Assembly: GCA_964276515.1 (NCBI GenBank)
Contig: OZ193909.1
Coordinates: 12,338,001 to 12,402,000, forward strand
Reading direction: 5' to 3'
Source: Gordius albopunctatus
Taxonomy: Eukaryota
Length of the DNA: 64,000 bases
Made by a program: the position numbers and the translations under genes. Shown here piece after piece: positions 26,955-38,258 of the stretch; the first letter of the stretch is position 1; the number at the start of each line of letters is the position of its first letter. The notes below the pieces were generated by a model. It saw nothing but the letters and a program-made list of their open reading frames with translations, was not told the DNA's origin and made no database searches.

Positions 26955-27700
26955 TAAAAAAACTCGGGCCTTCGGCCCTCGTGGGAATGGGGAGGGGGGA
27001 AGGGAAGGGGGAACGAAACTCATCTATACTCCGTCCGTATAAACGTAGCATATTTGCTATGCAATTTATGAGCGAGAAAGGTGGAAAGGGCGAGAATGCC
27101 TATAGGGTGGTATTAAATGCAAAATAATTAGACTGACGGGCATAGGGTAAATATAAATGTTAACCAATTTAAAAAAAAAACGAAAAAAGGCCAATGGTCA
27201 TTTTTTCCATTGGTCAGTAGCCTGCGGACGGTCAAAAAGTCATATTATCAATGGTATTAACAAGGAAAATATATTAATTAAATAATAAAAAAAAAAGAAT
27301 TGCCCTCTCCAGGATTTGAACCCATATTAATAGAGGCATAGGCTTTTGTAGGGGCACAGGACCCATATCAGTAGAGGCATAGGGTTTTGTAGGGGAGGGC
27401 ATATGGTAATTAGCAATGTTAACCAATTCAAAAACGGAAAAAAGTTTCGAATCACATTTTGGCCAATGGTCATTTTTTCCATTGTTCAGCAGCCAGCGGA
27501 CGGTCAAAAAGTCATATTATCCATGGTATATACAAGAACAAAATATTAATTTAATTTAAAAAACAAAAAAAAATTCGTCCTCTCCCGGGATTTAACTCGA
27601 ACCTCCGGGTCAGGAAGCTGGTGTAAATAACTTGGTGGACGAGGGACGGACGACGGACGGACGGACAACAAAAAACGAGCCCGTAAATTGTATAGCAATT
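26955..27700 (-). mobile_element. DINE-1/Helentron-like non-autonomous element with tRNA-like (B-box) internal modules
   Basis: (GTCC)n near the 5' end, subterminal inverted repeat (gctatacaatttacggg / ctcataaattgcatagc), 3' hairpin gggccgaaggccc; homologous to 58836-59855 and 61340-61679. Confidence 0.65.
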
Positions 27701-28213
27701 AATAAATTATAAAAAAAATTATATTCAATAAAAAATGTTTAAGGTCATGACATCTCGAGATTTCTCGTCGAGACGAGATTTCGATTTCCAGACCGAGACA
27801 AGAAGAGGTCGAAACACTAAATATTGGGGAGAAAACTCAATAGATTTCTAGATTTCTTGGATCAGCATCCTTTTTAATGGTAAAACTTGAATTCAAAACA
27901 TTTTTCTTCTAAAGAAATTTTATTAGATGGTTTAGAGTTAAAAATTTTGCCTGGGTTGTATTGCCTTCAGAAAATATATTTAAGTTAATATTTTTTTAAC
28001 TAGCTCTACATCAAAAAGTTGGGAAATAAAATTTCTGAACACAAGGATGCGTATATCTTCCTTCCTTTAAATCATTTACTGCAAACCTTTTCATTACCAC
28101 TTTAATGAGCTTGCTAAATTTAACTGAAATATCGCTGCATTCTTTCAATCTATTAAAAAATAGCCAATCTTCCAATCTCAACCCTAAATATAACATTTAG
28201 TTTTACCACATAA

Positions 28214-30696
28214 TCTATATATATAAAGTAATGTGTATGTATGTGTAAGGGCTAAATTCTGAAACTACCGGCCCGATTCGCGCGAAAATTTAACCGTAGG
28301 TTCCCAGGGTGGCCAGGGGTAAAATAGCTTTTTCAGATTCCTAAAATACCTTTTCGTTTTAAAAATATCGGACGTTTCCCGGACAGTTTAATTTATAGCA
28401 GCATATACAATAATGACGTCATACACACAAGGTTGAAGTTTTCTTGAATTAGATATTTAAAAGTATAATAAAAATGTTACAGTATACGGTCAAAATTATT
28501 GGGGTTTAACAAACTATTTAATTTAAATAAATAAAATAGTGGTTTATAAACAATTTTGTCACTCAACTGTGCATGTTATAGCTAAACATCTCTACCTAAT
28601 AAGTGTTTAAAACTGTTATAAATCTATTTAATTAATAATAAATATGCCTTTTTTATTAAGTTAATATTTATTTGCATAATATAAAAATATATTTTTTCAC
28701 ATCACAAACTCTCTTTCAGCTGACCCAAATTCTTTCATATATTTCTTATTGCTAGGTACCAATTATTTAGCCAAATAAGTACTAAGCCAAAGCAACGCTA
28801 GAGCCCTGCAAAATTGAATTTTATCGGCCCGAGCCCGAAACTTTTTTTTATTTTTTGCCCGAGCCCGATTTGTTTTTTTCAGTCAGGCCCGACCCGAGCC
28901 CGAGCCCGGCCCGACTTTTGTAAAAATGTAAATTTGTACCAATTTTATTTCAAAAATTTATTTATAAATATATTACGTATCGCGAATATTATGTGATTTA
29001 AAATATGAATAATTATGGTAAATAAATAAAGTGGAGTCTAATTTCTCGGGTTTTAACGAAGTCCTTCTCTCTTCGTAAGCTCGCCCAGCTGTAGAAAAGG
29101 CTCGCTCACTGCTAGCTGATGTAGCAGGTATTGCCAAATACTTTCTAGCCAAATTGCTCAAACAAGGAAATTCACTCTGATCTGATGCATCTTCCACCAT
29201 TCCAAAACTTCCATACCATCAATATAATTCGTATTTAAATATTTATGTAATTCATCTTCCTCAGCTACATTATCTATTCTGGGCTATTCCCAACTACTAA
29301 AATCTAAAAATTCTTCCTCCACTATATTATTTAGAAAATAATAAGTGCTCAATACAAATTAAAAAATTACCATGCTCGACGGCTATACTAGGCTAGGCGT
29401 AACTGTATTAACCGGAGGATTAGCCTTAATCTTTTCCTCCATAATTATTAAATTTCGTATATGATGACAAATGTCATCAAATTCATAGCGAGGCAGCATT
29501 ATTAAATTTCGATACTTTGGATTTAATAATGCGGATAATTTATGAATAATATCAAGTTCAAATTTTGAATTTAAAAACGAAAGGGCCTTTTTGACTAAAG
29601 TGTTAAACTCTTCGCTAAAAAAGGGTTTTTTCAAACATTCGATTAGTCTGTAATAGCATAAGAGTACCATGTTAATGGTCGGCTTTGCATCAGCCTCCAA
29701 TTCATCACTAGCCGTTTTAAATGGCTTCAGAAAATTTATTAGGCTTTTAACTATTTCTATATCTTAATTCTCTATAATTGCCTTTAGTGAGAGAGGAGGA
29801 ATATAATTTATTACACGATAAAAGAACAATGATACAAAACTTATAAAAGAGTGAGTTTATATAGCGATAGATAACGATAACATTCAAATGAAAGTTGATT
29901 CTGTGTGTGTATTCTTTCTATTTTCACCTTGTACGTATTACAACCAAATCTTTCCAAGGTAAGTGTAATTTGTTTCCCTACAGCCGAATCACCCCGTGAT
30001 TGCAAAACAGCCGATATATTATTATATTGGTTGTATTACAATACTGAAAAATTATGTAGGGGGTGGCGTTCTTAAATGGAAAAGTTTCCTATTAAAAAAG
30101 TGTAATAATACTAAAAATATTAAAATAATGATATCTTACCGATGGGCTGGGGTGGGAATGATATTGTGATATTACAACAATACTGAAAAATTATGTAGGG
30201 GGCGGCGTTCTTGATTCAAGTTCAACATCAAATCCAACCCCTGCCCCCCTCTCCCTTTCTCCCAACCTAACAACTTACCCCTAATAAATCATACTCACCA
30301 CATACATTATAAAACTATATCAACATAGGCATATACATAAACACACACAGTCTATTGTCTAAATATATTCTCTATGTAAGAATAGGGTTTAAAAACACGC
30401 AACGCGTCTAAATCATAAACTTAAAATCAAACAAATTAATATATGGGGGGTAGTAAAATTCTAAATATTTATTTGTAGGGGCATTATTTTGTATTGTAAT
30501 TATATTTTGGATTAATATTTATTCAAATTTTTTTTCGGGCTCGGGCCACGGGTCGGGCTGACCCATCAGGCCCGATCCAAGCTCGAGGCCCGATCAATGT
30601 TTTAAAATTTGCCCGAGCCCGGCCCGAAAGCCCGTTGGGCCGGGCTTCGGACGGCCCGTGCAGGGCTCTAAGCAACGCTTGGCCGGGCACTGCTAG
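28214..30696 (+). mobile_element. Non-autonomous Helitron carrying a nested hAT element
   Basis: A|TC...CTAG|T termini; both terminal portions match 13909-14593 once 28799-30678 is removed. Confidence 0.88.
28799..30670 (-). mobile_element. Internally deleted hAT transposon with C-terminal transposase
   Basis: TIR tagagccctgca/tgcagggctcta, perfect 8-bp TSD agcaacgc; LLNPKYR and FPCLSNLARKYLAIPATSASSERAFS (hATC dimerisation domain). Confidence 0.93.
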
Positions 30697-31779
30697 TTCC
30701 CAATAAAATTAAATTGTAATTACAGTCTCCTCTTACCGATAAGGGACGCATACGGATGAGTCTTTTAAGTTTTCTTACAAAAACTCCTCTCGCTATAATT
30801 ATTAATGGATTCTAAAATCATCCTAAATCTCCTGAGAAATTTCTGAGTTTTTAATAAAAATTTTTGTATTGAAGCTTTTTACCTTTTCCAGACGACGGAC
30901 AGTGTCCGGGTCTAAATCCTGTAAAGCCAATATTATGGCATAGGCGCTGTTGTGTGATCTGAATTTTTCCATAAGAAGCTAATTAATATATTTAGACACA
31001 TGCAAGGAATAATATCTCAAACACTGCCAATTGGTACAATAACCTCAAATTAAAAAAATGCTGAGATGCCCAGTCCATTAATTTTAAATTAAATTTACAT
31101 TGTCAAAATGCAGCAGATAGTAATATAATCCAGTTTCCTCAATTGTCAACTTTCCATTCATATATGGTCTCCATTCATTTTCGCAAGAGCTTCTCAAACA
31201 AGCTTTATAATTAATATTCAGGAAAAATCGATAGATATCTTTGATCAGCACCCTTTAAAATAGTAAAACTTTGAACTCAACTTTTTTGTTATAAAGAGAT
31301 TTCTTGACTTAGGGTTAAAAATTTGTTTGCCATAGTATAGCCCAGGCGCGTAAGATTTTCTAAGGGGGGGGGGGAGCCAAAAATATTTATTCCATTACCA
31401 ACTGTTGTAAAACTAAATTTTCCTTGGGGGACCATAACAAGATTCGAGCAATTCGACCCTGGAAAATTTTTTTATAGTGTATTTATTTGTCACCTTTTTG
31501 TTTGTTTGAAAATTGTAAACATCCTAATTCTTATCCAAAAAATCGACATAAAAAATCATCATTACGGGCCGGGCAGATCGGGCATGGTGGGCTGACTTTT
31601 AGAAGGCTTTGGGCAGGCCAGGGCAGACAATTTATTTACAAAATCGGTCGAGGTCATTTTTACAAATTTGACCTTTGCAAAGATATAAATTATGTGTATA
31701 AATTATAAAACGAAAATTAGTTAATAAAAAAGGTTAATAGTGATTTTCTATTTAAAATTTCACCTGAGTTGGAGGCATT

Positions 31780-32450
31780 CTCGCTATATAGCGAATCCAT
31801 TCAATCGATGTTATAATATACTATTTCTTAAATAAGGTTTAAATCTATTGAGTATGGAAAAATTTCTCTCATTGGTGCACTAGCTTACGGGAAGACAGGC
31901 CAACATATAAAAACGTGTATTATAATGGTCAATGGCTTTGATATATAGTTTCAAAAGGTGTTAGGACGTCGAGAGCATTCTTGATACCTTAGGTCTCTTG
32001 AGTTTGAGACAATCTCTTATACCATAATTAAATTCTGATTTTATGTTGATGTTTGTGCCATGTGAATCACTAATGTAAATCAGGCCAAAAAATTCCTTGA
32101 GTTTCTGGCACAATAAATGACAGGTCTTGTTGTAAGAAGGTTTGAAAGTAAGTTAGAACCTGTTTTTTTTTTATCGAAAATCGTTCATTTCGTTTTATAA
32201 TGAAGGAATCAAGTAGGGGATAAATATTGTTAATTTATAATAAACTTCTATGGATTCATTTCAAATATTATTACGAAAATTCGTCTCTTGCCAAATCGAG
32301 ATTTTTTAAATCTAAATCATATAAAGTTTAGTTTCCGCTAAGAACATTTTTGATGAAACTCTTCGTCAACTATTTTTATAGATTTCATACGAGGTTCAAT
32401 GTTATCTCCACCGGATATTAAGATCCCTTTTCTTCAATTGTTTGCATAGA
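31780..32450 (-). pseudogene. Old hAT transposase remnant (PRKRIR/Blackjack-like)
   Basis: LACLPVS*CTNERNFSILNRFKPYLRNS..RLNG and LDSFI..NERF, with many stops; flanked by related MITE-like copies at 31430-31690 and 32520-32930. Confidence 0.6.
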
Positions 32451-33617
32451 AAGGATGCATAGCAGAAAAGTCTATCAAGATTTAAACGGTAAATTAAGTA
32501 TTCAGATCAGAGACCAAAAATCCCGCCCCGGCCCGCTGCCCAAACTTGCCCGAGCCGAGGGCCAGTCAACTGTCGTATATTTAAACTTTCGGCGGGCCCG
32601 GTCGGGTACCATAACAAGATTCGGGCGATTCGGGTTCAATGATATTTTTAAATAATTTATTATTTTGTTTTCGTGTATTATTTTGTCATTTTTTTATTTG
32701 ATTGATGTGATGGTGTTTGTTGATCCTAGTTCTTATCCAAAAAAATCGGATATTAAAATAATTTTTTTTACAAAATACAACAATATTACTACTAAAATTT
32801 TTAAAAACCATCATTGATTTGGGCATGGCCGGGCGGACACTTAGAAGGGTTTGAGCAGGCCCATGCGGGCATCTTATTTATAAAATCGAACCGGGCTGAG
32901 TTCGGGCAGAAATTAATCTACAAATCTGACCTCCCTTTCAGAGAGAAGAAAACTATGCCTATAGTTTAGAATATTGCTACTAATTAGGTGTGGAAAGTCA
33001 AGGTTATTTTGTTAAGAAAAGGTTCAATAAAGTTTCTTTCTTGCAAATGGACAAGTGAATTTGGAGAAAGTAAACTTTTAAAAGGTTTTTTGGTAAAGAT
33101 ATTTTAAACAAATAGAATATATTATAAATGAAAAAGGCATAAAATTTATTTATGCTATTGAAGAAATCAACTAATAATGTAAATAAGATAATAATCAAAC
33201 ATACGCCTGAATTATGATATCAACCCATTTATTTAAACAATTTCAAAACTTAAGAACAAATTTCAGTTAAATAACTCTAGCAAGGTAAATTATATTATAC
33301 TACCTATACACAGAATGGACCTGTTGAACAAAAAATTTTTGTATGCTAACCTATTTCGTGCTATTTTAGGTTTGTAAAGTCATCATGTCAAACGCATTTA
33401 ATTAGCTTTACCAAGAAATAAAGATGATTCACACTATTCTTATAAATAACTCTTCGATTTAAGCTCGTTTATTTGTTCAGCCTGTAGACTTTAGTTAATA
33501 ATAACATACATACCATCTTTTTCCAATAATCGTAGAGATGTTTGGAGCTATTTAAACGCCAACACTTAATATTTGTAATTATTTAGCTCTTAAATTTTTT
33601 TCGCTCTCTAACCTAAT

Positions 33618-34278
33618 ATGAACAAATTTTCTGCAATCGTTTGTTTGGCTCTTATTTCCATGGCTCTGTTATGTGACTTGAAAAGTATTTAATAATTGGT
33701 ATAAATTTTATTCACATATAAAGATCAAGTGACTGCAGCAGATAATGCAAGAGATCATCACTTTATTAAAAGAAGAGGTGAAAAGGTGCCTGTTGACATA
33801 CCCGATGATTTCATTGATTATCGTAAGTTTTTATAGATTGTTGAATTTAGTGTTAAATACACCGAGTTTGATTGAAAACCTTTTTTGCCAAACTTTTTGT
33901 CCTGAGCTTCGTATAGAATCTTATGTGATTTATTTATTTGAACTAAAATAAATAATATTTCTATAAGTTGTATTTAAAATTGTTTAAGACTTTTTATTTA
34001 GAAACCTAAAGTATTATAGAAAACCTGCTCGTGCATTGACTTTTATTTTATTCGACAAATATTTTGTTTTACATTGCTAAATTTCCCATAATTATTTTAG
34101 TGACAATAGAGAAGACAACACCAGGATTCGGTAAGTGATCTAATTTGTCAAATTTATATTTTAATATAGTGGAAGTTGATCCATCCGAGTTTGATGACTT
34201 AAGTAAGAATATAAGAATAAATAATGACATACTGTTTAATAAAAAATTTTAGCCGAAGTAGAAGATTACGAAGATTGA
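33618..34278 (+). CDS. Small secreted acidic propeptide, 84 aa, 5 exons: 33618-33684, 33724-33822, 34101-34130, 34170-34202, 34253-34278
   Basis: Spliced product MNKFSAIVCLALISMALLCDLKNQVTAADNARDHHFIKRRGEKVPVDIPDDFIDYLTIEKTTPGFVEVDPSEFDDLTEVEDYED*. Four phase-1 GT-AG introns (39, 278, 39, 50 nt; three gtaag donors); TATA-like site ~33441, AATAAA ~34448. Confidence 0.8.
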
Positions 34279-36249
34279 ATATTTTTTATTAGTTAACATT
34301 TACTTTCTTTATTACGTTAACCTTAACATTGTTACTTTGACATCTATAAAAAATTTTTTGTTTAAGTCTGCAAAAGCCTATCATATAAACGCACATAACT
34401 TATATGATTTGCAAAACAATTACTGAAACATTTATTATGTTATTTTAAATAAAGAGACCATATCGTTAATTTTTTCTTATACTTTTAAGACGAGTTTGAC
34501 ATTGTCAACTTAAAAACTAAATTATGTAAAAAATTGAAGAACATTACAATGTCTGAAATAATCTATCTTATATAACTTTCCATAACTATAAATTACAATT
34601 GTCTGAATTACAAACAATTTTATTCGTTTTTATGTTTATTTATGAAGATTTTAGCATCGTATCTGTTGCATTTTATTAAGTAGTATTCAAAGGTTGTCAG
34701 CTAGTTATTTGTTGGTTTTTTCTAAAATAAACCATTATTGCTTTCACTGCGCTGTGCTTAAATATTTTAAAATAAATATAGTAGGAGAAACCGTGGATAT
34801 AGGTCTTTCGAGGCTGGTACCCTTTCAAATTGTTTTCTCGCTATTGACTGTCGGATTCAACTTTTTATCTTAAATGTAATTTTTTACAAAATAATATGGA
34901 GAAAATTTGATATTTTACATTAGATAATAGGCTTATTTTAATAATAATTTGCTAGGAGTAAACTGTTTCGCTTTGTATGACTAGAGTTGTTAAATTGCTA
35001 AATTTCTTTAACTGCAGCTACCATCTGCTCGAGTTTCTGCTCAGCCCTCGAGCATTTTTATATGCTACTGTTCTGCCTAGTGCACCGAACAGCGAGTATA
35101 TATTGTGCTAACGCGCAAAGCAACTCAGTGTGCGTGCTCGCGTCCGGGGTTCAAGAAAGTTAGCAAACAACTCTATGTATGACTATGCCATAACATATTA
35201 AAAGAAATCTTATATTCTCGGGGAATTATAAGATGAGTAAAAGGCATAATTCCTGAAGATTTATTGATCGCGTTAATTGGTCTCACAAACGTAAAACGAA
35301 TCGGGAGGAGGCATGTATGGACCACTTTCTAAATTCATCCTTTTCCATTTTAATCATCAAACTTCTTGTCACCCCTCCCATTTATTTTAAAGACTAATCA
35401 CTCAGAATTAAAGCAGTGAAGTATTTTAAATTATAAAACAGAGTATTAGTGTAAAGCTTTACATTTAAACTTCAGCTGATAAACGAAAGTTAAGATGAAT
35501 TAATGCAACATAGGTTGTTCAATGTGTGCTCATGGATTTTGTGATAATAATGAGTCCATCCATGCTCAATTTACGTTTTATGCATTAAAAAAATGTCAAG
35601 GTGTTGAAGTCCCGCACCCGAGATTCTTTTCTAGTAAGCGCTTATCAAATACTAAAAGTTTTAGTCGTTTTGGTATAGAAAATATTATGAAAAATGCTAA
35701 GCAAAACAATTAATGAAAAGGATTGCGACTAATTTGATAGTTAATACAAGATGTTTTATTTTTAAACCTACGATAGCTCGAGTGTATCCTATTTAAAACA
35801 ATAATAGGGTCCTTTAAGAAAAGGTTTTGACCCAAAAATAGGATTAAGTAAAATATAAATATTCACGAATAAAAATATCTTACAAAAAGTGGCAAAATTT
35901 ATGTGGTTTAACTGAATCTTTAGGTGAAGATTGCCTTAGATTAACTATCATCTAAGCAATCTTTTGTCTAGGTTCAATTTGTATAGTTATTCATTATTGA
36001 AAATAACGGCAAACAAATAACACGTATGATGGGATCACGGCTAAATCCAATAAACATAAGTTATAAAAAGTAAAATAACTAATAAGTTAGTAAATTAGAA
36101 ATAAAAAAAGGCAAAAGATTGCAATAATTAAAGATGCGTTTATAGAAGTTAGCGCAACAATTATTAATGAAAAGTATAATGATCTTCACTAAGTATTGTC
36201 TGATTTGCGATTAAGAAGACTCTAAGCTGTTACATGGTCTAAATGGGAT

Positions 36250-37602
36250 ATGCGGAAAGATGGTGAAGACTCCAAAAGTGATCATACCATCACTTCCGCT
36301 CTTCCAAGCAAAGATTCTTTAAAACAGGATAACATGGTGGTAGCTGCTGACAAGTGCGAAACAAGTTCGCAAGGAGCCAACCCAACCATGATATCTCTAT
36401 CAAATTTGCAAGATATACAATGCTTTTTAGAGATCCCATGGCCAGACCCCAGACCGTGTAACATTCAGGCGTTTAGTTATTGCTTTTGGGACGGGCACGA
36501 TATTCATTACTACCTTAAAAATCAAAAATCTTGGTGGTGGTATGATTATGATAAACACAAATGGCTTCGAAACACGTTCGCCGACATGGAAAAAAGACTA
36601 AGCATGACGACAACAAGCGTTGGGTCACATTTACCTGCACAATATCCGATCGAAAACAAATCTTCTACGAAGTGCGTTGTCGAAATTATTGATAAAAATA
36701 TTAAAAACCAAACTGAAGACATAAAATATATGGGTAGTTTAAGTAAGAGTGACATCGAAAGTCAAAAGGGTAAGGTTGCCTCGTTTATTAAGAAATTTGA
36801 AAACTTGACACCTAAAGATGGCAGCGTAGGACAAAATAATTTTTCGACTACTAGATCTCTTAAAAAAGGTGATAGCCAACAATCCTTAAATCTGAAGAAG
36901 GATGTTCCAGTAGCGAGAGGAACTGATCAGGAATCAAACATTAAAATTGATGTAAAATCAGCCGAAAAAGGCACAAAGAGTGATAAAAACTGCAATATTC
37001 CTATCACAAAAGTCAAAGGCATACTAATGAGCGCAAATCAGAAGGGATCTCAAGCCGGCATTAGAAAGACAATAGGCAGAGAGGTGAGATGGGATGATAC
37101 TGTTAAATTGTACAGCTACGTACCTTTAGATGATAATGAGTCTCCAACGCCGTTGTTAATAAAAGACGTCCATCCAAAGCTTTTAGAACGTCGGGGTTAC
37201 ACTTTAGGGGATTACTCTAAATATTATTGGGAAAATAATTGTCCACAATTCGTACCCGTGCCATTAAATCCTCACCTGCCAGACTCTTTGACAACTTCGA
37301 ATTCCTACTACCCATTAGGTTATGGGACAGCACAAGGCGGGCAGTATATGCGACCTACTGCTTACAATCCTCAGAGCCAATTATCACAGTATCAAAATTA
37401 CCAAATGCAAAACTACAGATACTTGAACCCAAATATAAATCCCCCAAGACAGACCTATTATTACGATTATAATAAAAATGAAAATTTTGTACCGAGACCT
37501 TCACAAATGTCATCTCAATCAATTTACTCATATAATAATTATAAACACCCAGACAACAAAGATGGGGCCAGGGATGAGGACAAAAAAGCTACCGACAAAT
37601 AA
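36250..37602 (+). CDS. Intronless 450-aa orphan ORF, largely disordered, with an aromatic mini-domain and PP1-docking-like motifs
   Basis: 1353-nt open frame in AT-rich DNA; W/Y-rich segment (FWDGHDIHYY..SWWWYDYDKHKW), KGILM...REVRWDD, Q/Y/N/P-rich C-terminus. Confidence 0.65.
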   Translation: MRKDGEDSKSDHTITSALPSKDSLKQDNMVVAADKCETSSQGANPTMISLSNLQDIQCFLEIPWPDPRPCNIQAFSYCFWDGHDIHYYLKNQKSWWWYDYDKHKWLRNTFADMEKRLSMTTTSVGSHLPAQYPIENKSSTKCVVEIIDKNIKNQTEDIKYMGSLSKSDIESQKGKVASFIKKFENLTPKDGSVGQNNFSTTRSLKKGDSQQSLNLKKDVPVARGTDQESNIKIDVKSAEKGTKSDKNCNIPITKVKGILMSANQKGSQAGIRKTIGREVRWDDTVKLYSYVPLDDNESPTPLLIKDVHPKLLERRGYTLGDYSKYYWENNCPQFVPVPLNPHLPDSLTTSNSYYPLGYGTAQGGQYMRPTAYNPQSQLSQYQNYQMQNYRYLNPNINPPRQTYYYDYNKNENFVPRPSQMSSQSIYSYNNYKHPDNKDGARDEDKKATDK

Positions 37603-38258
37603 TACGTTCTAATTAAATGTAAAGACCACACTAGTGATGCTGAATGGGAGAACCGGCCATTAACCTAAATCGTAAGCTTGAATAATAAGAGTCACGAATT
37701 TTATGACTTGCCCTGATCAAATAAATGCTGTAGAAAAATTGTTTTTATGATGGAAAATAATAATGATAAAAATTATCGAGTTTAATTAATATAAAGATAT
37801 ACCTTGTAAAATTTAGCTATAATACCGGCAGCAAAGCCAGGGATATCATTAGCTTCAATACGTAAACCAATTTATTTTAATACTCATTAAAAAAACATTT
37901 TAACGTTTTCAATTTAATTAGATTCATCAGTATATAAGTTAACTTTATTAAATATATAATATACAGTTATTGCTGGCGCATTTGGTACAAGCTCCACGCT
38001 ATTATAACTAAATTTTCCATCTTTAATTTTCTATTTTTTGCGGGTAAAAGTAATCCTACACTATAAATTAGACTTACAGATCTACAAATGTTGGGTTAGT
38101 ATACAGCCTATCAGAAGGAGATGCTCTTACCTGTGAAAATTAGAGTCGAGATATGTGTGTATATGATTTTGTTTCCCTAATTTAATTGATAATAATAATA
38201 ATTAAAAGTTTTAAAAATCGTCAGAGGTCAAGAATTGTGTATGCAAAAGTTAGTGTTA

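Larger units (their letters stand above)
28050..31205 (-). pseudogene. Decayed RasGEF-domain gene, copy 2, split by the Helitron at 28214-30696
   Basis: 28060-28200 and 30700-31205 align colinearly with 1875-2535; translation gives CVPY / GLRLEDWLFFNRLKECSD. Confidence 0.6.

Noticed and set aside
33745..33951. 68-aa ORF in the track
   Set aside because: Wrong frame, running from exon 2 into intron 2 of the secreted peptide gene.
34780..35720. GC-richer patch with a hairpin and a Cys/His fragment
   Set aside because: Probably old LINE debris; too degenerate to call.
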